This document shows, one piece after another, positions 1 through 14,854 of a stretch of DNA of 64,000 nucleotides. The DNA comes from Octopus vulgaris (lineage: Eukaryota), in contig OX597816.1 in the NCBI GenBank assembly GCA_951406725.2, positions 20,336,001 to 20,400,000 on the forward strand, written 5' to 3'. The notes below the pieces were generated by a model. That model worked only from the letters and a program-made list of their open reading frames with translations. It was not told where the DNA came from and did not search any database. Position 1 is the stretch's first letter; each line of letters opens with the position of its first letter. The position numbers were made by a program, and so were the translations under genes.

Positions 1-1189
1 TAGGAAAATAAATATAAGGAATAAGTGGAAATTTTACCGGTGAGCGTGTTTAATTATAAGGCACAAAAAGAAAATGACTCTCCTCACACACAACAGACTA
101 TGCTTCAACTCAGGAACTCACACAAAGAATCTTGCAAACCAAATCCAAAAAATCAGGATATTTTCCTGCAAAACACTGGTAACTTTTATGTAACACCTTT
201 GAAATGCCATCAAAATTTCGGTGCCAGTTTATCACAAATTTTACTTTGGTTGCTCATTTTAGCAACCAAAATTTAATTTATAATAACAATAGTAATAAAT
301 AAATTAATGAATAAATATATTTGTTCCGATTTATTACGTTCTGGGTGTTCAGCGAGTTGTAACGTTCTCGTCTGTTTGAAGTCGATAAAATCGCTTTTTG
401 TAAAAAAAATAATACTAAGAAGAACGCAATAAAATTAGTGTCTTTATTCTTCCATGAATATTCAATGACAATCACTAAATCTTTGACAAAGAAATCACAA
501 AGAGTGTTAATGTCGATATGGTGACTCAAGAAAGGAAATCATAGAAATTTTTATTCTTAGCATTTAGTTAAATAATTCTGATACTTAAAATATTAAGTTA
601 ATAAAGACAATCCGAGGTAGTGATGAGGGATTTCAGCGGCGTCTATTCGTAATTAATTAAGTTCATTCGAGATTTTCATATACTGAGTATAAACTTAGCA
701 AACACTTGTACAATTTATCCTATTAGATATACAACATTAACTGCTGTTAAATAATGACCTGGGAGAAATTAATAACTGTTACTGCCAGGAATATGGCAGA
801 ATATGGCAATATACGAATCCAAATTCTTAGCCTTTGATAGCACAATTGTACTGACGATATGATAAACGATATGAAGCATACGCTGTACTTCTTGCTCACC
901 TTTGAAAATCAACTCGGCTTATATTAGTTAAAAGTCAATTCGTTATGTAGAACAATTCATCTTCTTGGATGGTCAGAAACCAAATGAACGAATGTGTCCA
1001 CATGAAATTTAGGTATTTACGGCAGCGAGTTACAGGACTTAATATTCTCAAATTTGAATATATGAAGTTTAGTCAGATTCAAACAATGCACAGAAAATAA
1101 TTTATCATTCTCCTATGCTGGTGAGTTATGTCATTTGCATAACCGCGTTAGTATTGCAATTACTCATAGAGTTAAGGATATACATACAT

Positions 1190-1380
<191 letters not shown>

Positions 1381-1871
1381 GATATAATTATTTGAGGGAA
1401 TATTATTCCTAACTTACAGGGAAAAATTCAATTTAGAAATACTAAATCAAATTTCACAAAATATAATGTATATATAAAACTTAGAAAAAACGCCTTTTAT
1501 CAATTCAAAATGAACAATTAAATTACACCATCTAGAAAATTACATATAATAGAAATATTAAAATTAAAATAACAATAACATACCGATGATTAAGTAAATT
1601 GCAAAGTAATAATAAAAACGTATATATTTGGTATATATATATATAAACACATATAAGTGTAAGATCCAGGGATCGAACTCGAGAAAGAAAGTTAGCTTCG
1701 TGCAATCTGTAGTGAATATAAAAAAAAACAACTTCCAGGAACACTAGTGGTTTATTGAAACGGAAGATTGCGGATTTATTCTTTTATCGAAGAACGATGG
1801 ACTGGAAAATGTTCTTTTTATATTCCTCGGTAAGCAACTAGGTGCGAAAAAGAAAACAAGAGTTAAGGAAT

Positions 1872-2345
<474 letters not shown>

Positions 2346-2464
2346 CAAAATGGAGTTTGAGAAGTCCGGGATACATATGTTTCATAACGAGTGGAACCTC
2401 GGAAGTGGTAAAATCCAAGTTGTGTGTATACCACGGGTTACTCTTCAGGTCAGTGATATCTTGA

Positions 2465-2670
2465 TTAGATTAAAGGCAGTTCCTTACACTCTCGAATGGT
2501 CCATAATCACCCGCGCCAAACCTTACAGCGGATATAATAATAAGTGTGATCTCTGCATAGCTGAGTTCAGAGCTATTTTGTAATCCACAAACTGTCTCAA
2601 TGAACGCAGCAGTATAATATTCACCTGCAAACATCGAGTGCTAAATTTGTTATCGAAATACAAATAATGT
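2465..2670 (+). pseudogene. Penelope-like element GIY-YIG endonuclease C-terminal relic
   Basis: Translates LEWSIITRAKPYSGYNNKCDLCIAEFRAIL*STNCLNERSSIIFTCKHR; the W-I-(A)-PY-CxLC-E...LNxR...CxH pattern is typical of one PLE lineage; internal stop. Confidence 0.7.
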
Positions 2671-2885
2671 CAACACCACCCTGCTCTTATCTCCACACAG
2701 CTGTTATATATTCTTTTTTTTCATTCATCCATCTTCACTACCGCTGCGTATCAACACGGTGACCGCCTGCTACGTGTTATCTCGTAGTTGGGAAGCTACA
2801 CAATTTTGTCAGGTACGAGTATACTTGTAGAGGTCTATTTTATCGTAGCAGAAGTTCGCCATTATCTTCTGTCCGAGTCGCGTTG

Positions 2886-3000
2886 TGCTTAGGTGTTTTG
2901 CTCATAAGCACACACATCACCCGGTCTGAGATTCAAACCCACGATCCCTCGACCGCGAGTCCGTTGCTCTAACATCTAGGCCATGTGTGCCTCTACAAAG

Positions 3001-3053
<53 letters not shown>

Positions 3054-3085
3054 AAATATATATTTATATATACGTTATATATATG

Positions 3086-3159
<74 letters not shown>

Positions 3160-3235
3160 TGTGTGTCTGAGATTCAAACCAGCGATCCCTCGAGTGCGAT
3201 TCCACTGCACTAACCACTAGGCCATGTGCCTACAC
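2886..3235 (-). mobile_element. Two degenerate heads of SINE family C separated by a microsatellite
   Basis: 2886-2992 and 3164-3235 resemble the reverse complement of the family C tRNA head at 46234. Confidence 0.65.
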
Positions 3236-3240
3236 ACATA

Positions 3241-3298
<58 letters not shown>

Positions 3299-5069
3299 TG
3301 CATTTATTATGTATGTGTATATATATGCACATATAGATATTTATACATATATCTATATGTCTGTATTTATCTATGTGTATACATATACATATATATATAT
3401 ACATATTTATGTGCGCGTGTGTGTGTGCTTGCATGCATTAAAATGCACATACAAACATACCCGTGTGTAGAATTAATGACCTTTTCAAAGTCTTTGCTTT
3501 TAACTGTCAGGTATGGAACCAACGATGTTCTCCTCCTTTACCTAATGCTTTCTAGATAAAGCAAACATAAAAACAGATCTAATGTAAGGCATGTCACAAC
3601 CATGGAAAAAATAGAAATATAGACACTTCTAGCAGACTTTTGTGACAGTATTATATTTCTAGAACAATTCAACAGAAATGTAATTTTTCAATTTATTTAA
3701 TGACATTTTATTCCAAAATGTCGGTCTGATTCTCATGGGGGATTGAAATGTTTGTAAACACTAAGATGATTAGTTCACTCGTAGCAAATTTAAGTGCATT
3801 GATATAAAATTGTTATTAAAATTACAAGACTACAGAACTGTACTTTAAGATAGTGTGAGAGCTGTGGTTGGCACCTTATTAAATTCTTGTACTTTTGTTG
3901 TTGCTGTTTATCATTATCACCTCCATCATCAACACCATTAAACATCTTCCTTATTAGCATCACGTCAGTTATTTTTTACCAGATGTCGTCAATCGGCTGA
4001 GTGTCTTATATACCATCGTTCATGATTTTTCACCTTAACTCTTGCTAAGCCTAACCCGCCAAGATTACGTCCCATGTTTAAATTTACTTTGATTGTACTC
4101 TCTCTTCTTTCCCCCTCTTCTCTCCCTCTCTCTCTCTCTCTCTACCTTTTTCTCTCACTCTCGCTCTCTTGTAAGCATGTATATTTTTAAATATGTGTTT
4201 CACTAAACAAAGATTAATGTCCATCATTTTCAAATCTTCTTTCCTTCATGAAAAACTAATATTTGATTTTGTGGAAACTCTTCAAATATTTCTGGATATT
4301 TACATTAGATACCGTTGCTATTCATTTTTATTCAGTTAAATTGAAGGTCTTGCGATCTATTTCTTTCAAAGCATAGGATCATCGAAACCCATATTCCTTC
4401 ACAGAGAAACTCTGCTGACTATGAAGTATGCACTGATTTCTCACGTTTCGACCCTTAAACCCTGTAAGCAGAAATGCCGCTGATAAGGCCTCCAACTTCA
4501 CTGTTCTTTTTGCGTCCAAATCTACATATATGTGACTGGGTTAATCGCCTCAAATTCTTTTAATTTTTACTTGACCGAGTTCCCCACGACGTACAGATAC
4601 AGGCAAGTTACGCGAAACAGTTTTTTTCAAAATTAAATCACTGGACTTGGAAATGTCTATTAAGTTTTCTTCACGCAATTGGATTCAGAACCTGGTTGCC
4701 TGACCTGAACATTGTTCAATCCCTTGCTCTCTACTAAGAGAGTCAACCCACTTGATACTCTCAGATGTTGACCTACTGTAATCACATCGAGATAAGAAAC
4801 GAGAGGGTGAAAAAATATTTTCAACTAGATTCTCTAACAACTAAACTGTCCCTGATTCTTTAATGGCTCTCTCTCTCCTGTGAGTTCTTTGTAACTCAAA
4901 ATTTAAGAAAAGAAAAGTTTTTTATTGCGCCCAACATCAACCAGACATTAGGTCGTATCTTGTACGTAAAAGGCTTACATAAATTGTCACAGAGCAGTTC
5001 TATCTTTTTTCCGAATTGTGTTAACTGGGTCTCAATGAAGACGTACAACTGTGTACAACAAACGAGTTT

Positions 5070-5147
<78 letters not shown>

Positions 5148-5389
5148 GTAGTGTAGTACATGGTTGTACGTTAATACACACAGACTAACATTCAGGCAGA
5201 AACAAGGAAAATGCCCTTTGTATTTGAAAACCATGCCAATATTCTTTTAAAATACTTTTCATTTAATTTTTCCAAACTTTAATTGTTTTCCAAACTTACA
5301 GTACACCGGTACTGAAATGTTTTTTTACAAAATTCTTTCACCATTTTCTACCTTGATTTTTTTCCATATATATACGTATCAACGCGAGT

Positions 5390-5433
<44 letters not shown>

Positions 5434-5813
5434 ATTAACTACTGAACATCGCGCCCAACACTACCCCTTCATACGTCCTCTCATCTTTCACTTACCTTCC
5501 ATGCTCAAGCAACATTCACATGCAACCTTGAAGTTCCAAACCACTCTAACTCCATGAGCAATCTACACAAACATATCCTCCCACGAAATCCTCACAATCC
5601 CGTTATCTTGAACAGGACCGTTACAAATAACAAACCTAATCAGCATGCTGCACCTCTCGTAGACGACACACATCATCAAATTACCAAAAATTGCATTGTA
5701 ATGAATTGGTTTTTCAATTCAGACGAACAAATTATTTCAGCACCACTCCACTCCAATTACTAAACATGCACAAAACTCAAGTAGTGGACCCGATTAAATA
5801 TTTGGGGGGAATT

Positions 5814-6165
5814 AGTACCTAATTTATCGACCTCGAAAGGACGAAAGGTAAAGTCGACCTCGGCGGAATTTGAACTGAGAACGTAAAGACAGACGAAATA
5901 CCGCTAAGCATTTCGCCCAGCGTGCTAACGTTTCTTATTTCTTTATTGCCCACAAGGGGTTAAACATAGAGGGGGCAAAGAAGGACAGAGAAAGGGATTA
6001 AGTGGATTATATCAATCCAGTGCGTAACTGGCACTTATTTAATCGCACCCGAAAGGATGAATGGCAAAGTCGACCTCGGCGAAATTTGAACTCAAAACGT
6101 AATGGCAGATGAAATACCGCTAAGCATTTCGCCCGATGCGCTAACGTTTCTGCCTGCTCTCCTTC
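5814..6165 (-). mobile_element. SINE family B, partial dimer
   Basis: Two tandem copies of aaagtcgacctcggc(g)gaatttgaact...gaaataccgctaagcatttcgccc. Confidence 0.85.
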
Positions 6166-6834
6166 TTGGACACGATCAAATATTGCTCCCACAATTAGGA
6201 CGGTGCTACTGCATGAAAAACATGCATCCTGACTGAAGTGAATTCCTTTATCTACACTCTCAATACTCAGATCTTCTTTCATGTTGTCTTCTCTTATAGT
6301 TTCTCTGACGCAACTACGGTGGCTAGCGTCTTCTCTTAGAGAAGAACCTATCTTCTTCCAACGGTACTCAGACACTTCCTATTCTCTCTCACTTTTATTG
6401 TGCCTAGGCTCAGGACTCTATATTAATCACTAATCTCAGTTTGTCTTTTCCAAAAGCTTGGATTTCTGGCATCCCCTTCTCGTAGACATTTCTTTGCGAC
6501 CAACTGTATGAGGAACAGGCTATGAGGAACACTACACGAATGGATCACGCCAGTTGTGCCGTCGCTCTCCCCAGAGCAATCTTCAAAGTTAATCCGTTGT
6601 TAGAGAAATGTCCTTTTCCTGCGAATAATCAAAATACCTTTAATTCCTTTTAAACATTTTGTCCATAAATTAAGAATGAAAATTATAAAGTGCGTTTTTC
6701 GAAGTATGCAATTTTAATAGTTAGAGAAAATTTTATTTTTAAGCAAAGTATTTAAAATATTACTGAATAATTACAGATATTTGTACGTACAGTTATAATA
6801 GGACCCTCTAAAATAGATTTCCACTCCCTCTCTC

Positions 6835-6990
6835 TTTTACTCTTTTGCTCTCTTTTACTTGTTTCAGTCACTTGACTGCGGCCATGCTGGAAGCACCACC
6901 TTTTAGTAGAGCATTCTTTGTTAGCCTAGTACTTATTCTTATTTTGCCGAACCGCTAAGTTACGGGGACGTAAACACAGCAGCATCGGTT
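6835..6990 (-). mobile_element. SINE family A, 3' fragment
   Basis: tacttgtttcagtcacttgactgcggccatgctgg...gccgaaccgctaagttacggggacg. Confidence 0.85.
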
Positions 6991-7078
6991 ACAGAATTGT
7001 AAAAATTGATACTGCTTCACAAAAACCATCGCACTACCAACTAATTATAGTTCTTAAATTTGACAAAGAAATGTGGTT

Positions 7079-7150
7079 GTACATAGGTATAAATGGTTAG
7101 CACACTTGTCACGAAAACAAAAAGATGTGGGTTCAAGTCCCACATGTATG
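7079..7150 (+). pseudogene. tRNA-like sequence (tRNA pseudogene or solitary SINE head)
   Basis: A-box-like tataaatggttagc, T arm gtggg-ttcaagt-cccac, tacat/atgta acceptor pairing; anticodon loop lacks U33. Confidence 0.45.
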
Positions 7151-7836
7151 GGAAAACCTACTTCCATCAAGAGCTTGTATGCTCCATTATTGGACTATTT
7201 TCTTTAGTCATTTCATAGTGATCACTTATAAGCTTTAAGTTTATAAAATACCATCATTATTATTTCTAAAATTCTGCGCACCGATGTGCACTTCATTTGT
7301 AACATATCACATTGACTTCAGCCAATAAATTATCTGAGAACCTCATGCAGAGCTCACTATTAATGCTCATATCTATTTCAGATCATTGTCCAAGGAGCTC
7401 TCATTATATAAAAATAATTCTAAAGATCCTCTAAAGCAATTTGTTATTATAATAATTTGAGAATAAACGTGAGTCTTACCACAAAGTGATTTCGCTTTTG
7501 CTCAAAGTGCTTCTCTTTCAGCGACGGTGTTTTTAAAATCCTACTTGATTCACAGTTAGATCATCTGCTTATAATAATGAAACACTAATTGGTTGAAATA
7601 GAGATTCTTCCGCAGTTACGATTTATTTCCTCCATTGGGGATTGGTTCAGAGCAACAGTAGAAAAATGTTATGATAGAAAATCATATTATATTGTACGTT
7701 TTAAATATGATTTTCCGCGTACACTGATATTCAAAAATGCTTTACAAAACTGCTTTAGAATTATGATTCACATAATAAAACTACTGAATCAAATATAATT
7801 TGTCAAAATTAAATTTGCTGCCTTGAATTTCCTTTT

Positions 7837-8573
7837 CATTACGGGTGTAACCATAATTTCTCTAAGCAAGGTATTTCAAATATTACTGTATAAATAGAGA
7901 TATTTGCACGTACAGTTATAATAGGAACCTCCTAAAGGGCACCTACCCATTTCAGAATCTAAAATTTTAAAACCATTACGGGTGTAACCATAATTTCTTA
8001 TTTCTTTTTTACCCACAAGGCGCTAAACATAGAGGGGACAAACAAGGACAGACAAAGTGATTAAGGCGATTACAACTACTCCAGAGTGTAACTGGCACTT
8101 AATTTATCGACCCCGAAAGGATGAAAGGCAAAGTCGACCTCGGCGGAATTTGAACTCAGAACATAACGGTAGACGAAATACCTATTTCTTTACTAATCAC
8201 AAGGGGCTAAACACAGAGAGGAAAAACAAGGACGGATAAACGGATTAAGTCGACTATATCGACCCCAGTGCGTAACTGCTACTTATTTAATCGACCCCAA
8301 AAGGATGAAGGGTAAAGTCGACCTCTGCGGAATTTGAACTCAGAACGCAGTGGCAGACGAAATACCGCTAAGCATTTCGCCCGACATGCTAACATTTCTG
8401 CCAGCTCACCGCTTTTGTAACCATAATTTCTTTAAGCAAAGTATTTCAAATATTACTGTATAAATACAGATATTTGCACGTACAGTTATAATAGCACCTC
8501 CTAAAATAGAATTCCACTACTCATTTCAGATTCTAAAATTCTAAAACCACTACGGGTGTAACCATAATTTCTT
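7837..8573 (+). repeat. ~140-bp tandem repeat (2+ units) interrupted by a SINE B
   Basis: tacgggtgtaaccataatttct recurs at about 7840, 7977 and 8551; unit body gtatttcaaatattactgtataaat..gatatttgcacgtacagttataatag occurs twice, with a relic at 6738-6826. Confidence 0.85.
8000..8415 (-). mobile_element. SINE family B dimer with 17-bp TSD
   Basis: TSD tgtaaccataatttctt at 7983-7999 and 8416-8432; two internal units. Confidence 0.9.
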
Positions 8574-8762
8574 TGATGTTTTTAGAGTACCTACATTATT
8601 ATATTTTAACAACACACTGTTTAAGTTGAAAGGGACACTGAATATTTTTCCTATGTTCTTCTTTTTAGCGACTGATTGAAGTATGAGGTGAAAACCCTGG
8701 CTTAAAGTGAAAGACAGCCATACATGCTTTTAAAATGCTATTATAGGCGTATAATTATTATA

Positions 8763-8912
8763 GGCACAGGAGTGGCTGCGTGGTAAGTAGGTTGCTTACC
8801 AATCACATGATTCCGGGTTCAGTCCCACAGTGTGGCTCCTTGGGCAAATTTCTTCTCCTATAGCGTCGGCCCGACCAAAGTGGATTTGGTAGAAAGAAGC
8901 CCGTCGTATATA

Positions 8913-8978
<66 letters not shown>

Positions 8979-9186
8979 CGTATATATTTGTGTGTGTGCG
9001 TGTTTGTCCTACCAACATCGCTTGACAACCGATGCTGGTGTGTTACGTCCGCGTAACTTAGCGGTTCGGCAAAAGATAGAATAAGTACTGAGCTTACAAA
9101 GAATAAGTCTTGGGGGTCAATTTGCTCGACTCAAAGGCGGTGCTCCAGCATGGCTGCAGTCAAATGACTGAAAAGACTAAAAGAGT
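8763..9186 (+). mobile_element. SINE family A
   Basis: Head, internal (TA)n and tail match the 1872 copy, with small deletions. Confidence 0.9.
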
Positions 9187-9539
9187 ATGTTGACACAAAC
9201 ATAGCTAAGCACCACTCACTCCCACTTGCATTGACACTGGTAGTTAAGTTATGTTAAATTATGTTGATTTATTCGTGTAGTAAATTCTACATGTCTACTT
9301 TAATATGCTAATCTTCAATCATTAGAATCGCATTCATGATTTTGGTAAATAAGCGAGAATCTCAACATGGTTCACTATCATTTGACCTCCACAGAAATAT
9401 TTCTGCGCATTCCATGAAGTAATACTAAAGGAGGAGATATGACAAAAAAAAGATATTAAGAATAAAAAAAAATGTCTATCACTAAGAGATGCTTTCCCTG
9501 TAGAGACAAAATAGATAACTTTGGTATCTAATACAATAA

Positions 9540-9700
9540 ACACTGGCAGCGAACTGACAAAATTGTTAGCACGCCGGGTAAAATGTTTCATGGTATTTCT
9601 TCTTACATTATGAGCTCAAATCTCGCCGCAGTCAGTTCTTCCTTTGAACCCTTCCGGATCGATATAATAAAGTACGAGTCAAGTACAGATATTGGTATAA
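9540..9700 (+). mobile_element. Degenerate SINE family B
   Basis: ggcagcgaactgacaaaattgttagcacgccggg...gtatttc...gagctcaaatctcgccgcagtc...gatataataaagtac. Confidence 0.55.
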
Positions 9701-10292
9701 GCAGCATCCATGCTCCCCTTAAATTTATTCGCCTGAAAACCTGCAACAGACTGGTATCTTGTCCACATGAATGTTATAAATTTGTCATTTATGCGCTATG
9801 GGAACCCAGTAAACAGCTTTTAAGAGTCGCAATGTTCGAGACAACAAATGCAAAGACCGTAGAAAACCCGATCAGGAAAACGTTTTCAGTGAAGATACGT
9901 GAAATGTAATGCAATGAATAAAACCAGAAAATCATTTTTTTTTCTTTCTAAACGTCATGTTAAATCCACCGAATAATCTTTGTACAAAACATTAATAAGA
10001 TTTTCATAAATATATCCTTTAACTTTATTTATACATTAATCTGCTATGTTCACTTTATTCTTATATAAACGTACTTAATTCTTATACTTTAATCTGTTAT
10101 ATAATAATTTTTTCGATACAAGCAATTTTTCGTCTAATGATTAGTGTCACCTCCAAAAATGTAGTAACCTATTTCTATAACAAGAATTCTTTTGATAGAA
10201 ATATTCTTTCTTTCGATATCAGTCTAAATCATATTTGCAGGCATCATTAGATTTGATGCATGAATGAATACAAATGTAAATTTACTTACATA

Positions 10293-10712
10293 GGCGCAGG
10301 AGTGGCTGTGTGGTAAGTAGCTTGCTAACCAACCACATGGTTCTGGGTTCAGTCCCACTGCGTGGCACCTTGGGCAAGTGTCTTCTGCTATAGCCTCGGG
10401 CCGACCAAAGCCTTGTGAGTGGATTTGGTAGACGGAAACTGAAAGAAGCCTGTCGTATATATGTATATATATATATATATATATATTTGTATGTGTGTGT
10501 ATATGTTTGTGTGTCTGTGTTTGTCCCTCTAGCATTGCTTCATAACCGATGATGGTGTGTTTACGTCTCCGTCACTTAGCGGTTCGGCAAAAGAGAACGA
10601 TAGAATCAGTACTGGGCTTACAAAGAATAAGTCCCGGGGTCGATTTGCTCGACTAAAGGCGGTGCTCCAGCATGGCCGCAGTCAAAAGACTGAAACAAGT
10701 AAAAGAGTAAAA
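10293..10712 (+). mobile_element. SINE family A, full length
   Basis: Near-identical to the 1872 copy; tail gtaaaagagtaaaa. Confidence 0.92.
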
Positions 10713-11142
10713 AAAAAAAAAAAGAGTAGAAGAATGGGATTCAGCTGAATAATTATTACTCGCGTGTTTATTGATTAGGATTTTGCTTGAGAACCAGGCA
10801 GCTGACGCTTGACACATTTTCGACGTTCGAAACTCGTAAATGGAGAAGGTGATATTTATTTGAAAACTGAGATCTGAGTCAATATGTATGAAACACAGAG
10901 AACATTATGAAAAATAAGTATCTTGTGGTAGTGTTAAGTTGGTTAACGCAGTACGTCTAACGTCCAATAACAAGAATGACTCATCCGATTAGATTCCGCA
11001 CAATTTCGTTTAAAATATTTTCTCTGAAGGAAATGTCGTTAGTCTGAGGCTTGATTACAAAGCGTATCGATGAGATTTCACGTTTTGCGGCTAAAGTCCA
11101 ATACTAGATTGTGACAAGAATTTGCCATAAACTACCGAGACT

Positions 11143-11555
11143 AAGGCGGCGAGTTGGCAGAAACCTTAGCACGCTGGGCGAAATGCTTGTTGGTATTTCG
11201 TCCGCAGCTACGTTCTGAGTTCAGATTCCGCCGAGCTCGACCTGGCCTTTCATCCTTTCGGAGTCGATAAAATAAGTACCAGTTATGCACTGGGGTCGAT
11301 ATAATCGACTTAATCTGTTTGTCTGTCGTTGTTTGTCCCCTCTGTGTATAGCCCCTTGTGGGTAGTAAAGAAATAGGCATTTCGTCTGTCGTTACGTTCT
11401 GAGTTCAAATTCCGCCGAGGTCGACTTTGCCTTTCATCCTTTCGGAGTCGATTAAATAAGTACCAGTTATGCACTGGGTCGATATAATTGACTTAATCTG
11501 TTTGTCTGTCCTTGTTTGTCCCCTCTATGTGTAGCCCCTTGTGGGCAGTAAAGAA
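11143..11555 (+). mobile_element. SINE family B dimer with 16-bp TSD
   Basis: TSD ataaactaccgagact at 11127-11142 and 11556-11571; B box gagttcaaattcc; central gcctttcatcctttcggagtcga..aaataagtaccag resembles the Meta/Sauria-SINE-type domain. Confidence 0.92.
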
Positions 11556-12919
11556 ATAAACTACCGAGACTTGCAAACAGCTGATTTGGACAACTGCTAC
11601 CAATCGAAGGCTCCGCTTACCAATCGCCAGTAGCTTTGAAGGGTCATCACGTGAGAATGTGCACCATTTCGGGGTCTTCCTCTCGGCTGCTTTACGGAAA
11701 GTTCTATCACTTATGGGAGGCTCCGTTTACTATATTGACAAACTAGCATTTAATCAACTACTTTCGATCTGAAATCCTTCATCGCAGGATCATCAGCACT
11801 GTTTCTGTCTTGTGCTGTTCTCTTCATTTTATGGATCATCTTGCGACTTCCTCTTCGAAAGTATTGCAACTAGCCATCTTCTCATTTCCAGCTAGCCAGC
11901 AAAATCTTTACTTTTTTCATCATCTCCTCTGGTGAAAAGACATTTTGGCGAAATGATTTTTACTTGGAGGGATCTTTTGGACAATTTGATCGCAATCACG
12001 TTACCTACCATTTCCTAATGAGTAAAACATCTTCATCCCCAGTTACATTTAATATTGTTTTTGTATATTTTAATGGGACAAATTAGGCAATTCCAATAAA
12101 CACACACACAAAAAAGGGTATAAATCAAACTTCCGTGAAAATAACCCCATTTTTCCCTTATTGACAATGTAAAATTTTCCAAAAATGAAATTTCCGTATT
12201 ATCAATGGTTCAAAATATATTTAATCATTATATGCAGCAATTTATATACTTAATTACTTATATATTTTAATTACTTCGTATATTTCATTATTCATATATT
12301 TATTACATTCAGTCTAAACTTTGTTTGCAGTTCAGTGAATTTAATAATTAGTTCTCCATATAAATTTACTGGGTTTTTGTAATCACATGTGATTTCATGA
12401 TTTATTCCTCTGATAAAAATTAACGTAAAGGTTTAAAATATTACAGAGATTAAACTAAAAGAAAAATGATTCAAAAGCATATGAAAATAAATACTGTAAA
12501 ACGACTATACAAATTTCTAAAAAAATGATAGCAATTAATTTCAAATAGTTATGTGTATACTACATTAATTGCTTCAAACAGATACAGTCAAACAAGAAGC
12601 TATGTATAAAAGTTTCCATTCTTTATATTTTTTTTCTCTTATCTGTACAAATATTTTCCAACTTACGCGATTAGTGTAAAGAGAGAGGGAAGCAAACACA
12701 CACACACACACACACTCACACAAACACACACATGTATACAGTTATCACATACGCACTCAAAATACACACACACACACACTTGCAAACATAATGTGTGGAT
12801 ATCATACCATGTGAATACACACGCACATATACACATATAATATGCAAATGCATAGATATAAATGTATATATGTGGGTGAATATATATATATATGTATGTA
12901 TGTATATGTATATTTATAC

Positions 12920-12955
<36 letters not shown>

Positions 12956-14039
12956 TTTTATGCATATATATATATATATGTGTGTATAATTTATAAAAAT
13001 ATGGTAAAGTAATATATATATATGTATATTTAAACATATATATATATACATATATATATACATATATACACGTATGTATATATGTATGTATGTATGCATA
13101 TATGTGTGTGTGTGTGCGTGTATATATATGTGTATACACATAAAGGTCATTTGTGTAATGTTTAAAGAAAATTGTTATTTTTTAATGTAAAATAACATCA
13201 TTGCTTCATCAGTTTCGGTAATAAGCCAAAACTCTTCAAAATTATCTTTTAATTTTCATATTGCATTAAATTGCCCGAAGCTATTAATATGCTTTACAAC
13301 ATAATTATTTCTATGAGATGCTATTTTTGGGGGGTGGAGAGAGGGGTTTCTGGCTTATTTATTTTCTTTTAATTTTTCTTATTTCTTTTTCTTTTTAAAT
13401 TGTTTAGAAACTGTTTTGTATTTGTTTCCATTTGCAGTGATATATTAGATTTTGACTTTAATTGTATTAATTATTTCTTGTTTACTTTATACTAAAATTC
13501 TTATTCACATTTTCTGTATCTTCTGTTGATGCTGCTGCTGCTGATGATAATGTTGCTGATAATGATTATGATGCTGCAGATGAGGAAGACATTTTAAATG
13601 ATATTCTAAATGTAAAAACAATATTTAAAATTATTTACCGAATAAAAATTAAATGAATGTTTAAATAATTATTTGAAATATATGACAAATACAGTTAAGC
13701 ATTTCAATCAGTCAATATAATTATGTGTTTGCGTGCGCATGCTTGAGTGTGTGTATAGTTGTGTGTGATTGTGTGTGTGTATAGACATATTCATATAGTT
13801 TACTTATATATAAAATATAGAGACAATCTATACACATATATAAATAAATTTATATATATATATATATGTATTAATAGTTATAGTATGACAACAAAGAATA
13901 ACAGTCACATATTATATTACAGCTATATATATATATAAATTTAAGAGAAATAATTGATGTATTTTTCCCTTAAGAAGTTTTTCACGCTAAACTATTTGAT
14001 AAATTCTAATAAAGATTTTGTCGTATTTCATCAATAGTA

Positions 14040-14112
<73 letters not shown>

Positions 14113-14114
<2 letters not shown>

Positions 14115-14283
14115 TTTATTCTTTTACTTGTTTCAATCATTTGACTGCAGCCATGCTGAAGCACCATCTTTAGTCGAAGAAATCGACCTCAAGATTTATT
14201 CTTTGTAAGCCTAGTGCGGAACTGATTCCCGTATCATGCGGTTGGGAATAAAGATTCTTACCACACAGCCACGCCTGCACCTA
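14113..14283 (-). mobile_element. SINE family A, internally deleted
   Basis: 3' tail (14113-14215) fused to a head remnant ttaccacacagccacgcctgcacc. Confidence 0.75.
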
Positions 14284-14635
14284 CGTGTGCGTTTATGTAA
14301 AAACACACACATATATATATATATATATACGAGAATGTTCTATTTCAGTTCCTTTTAAATTGATTGTGTTTATTAAGTGAGAAACAAAATTAGATGAAAT
14401 GAAAGACCGAAGTATGATAAAGCGAGCTAAAGAAAGGGGAAGAAGAGGGGTAAATGAATGAGATGATCGAGATGGTTGATATTTGAATGAACAATGACTG
14501 ATAGCATCAAACGTGGATAATAGGACAATTGGAAAGGCAGATAAAGAGGTTAAACTAGAGCAGAATTCGGCGCTTTTTAAAAGTGAAAGACGGAAAGGAA
14601 AACGTATGAAGTTTGAGAAAGTATATTATATAGAC

Positions 14636-14854
14636 CAGTGGTTTTCAACCAGTGTTCCGCGGAACCTTAGGGTTCCGCCAGTACAGACCAGGGGTTCCGC
14701 AAGAAGTTACAAAACTGCTAAAATCGGCAGTAATTTTTAATTCTCCTGTGCAGATATGTGTGCATAAGACTATTAAATTATTGCACAGGGGTTCCTCGAG
14801 CCAGTAGAATGTTTCCTTGGGGTTCCGCTCCAGCAAAAAGTTTGAAAAGCACTG
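14636..14854. mobile_element. hAT (Charlie-like) MITE, 219 bp
   Basis: Terminal inverted repeats cagtggttttcaac / tttgaaaagcactg; perfect 8-bp TSD atatagac (14628-14635, 14855-14862); internal repeated gggttcc motifs. Confidence 0.9.

Noticed and set aside
5430-5800. Possible PLE linker relic (MSNLHKHI; similar AC-rich tract at 31100-31420)
   Set aside because: Only compositional and weak motif resemblance.
11600-12050. Possible mariner (VTGDE) or RTE (PRGRP) relic on the minus strand
   Set aside because: Isolated short motifs with no continuous alignment.
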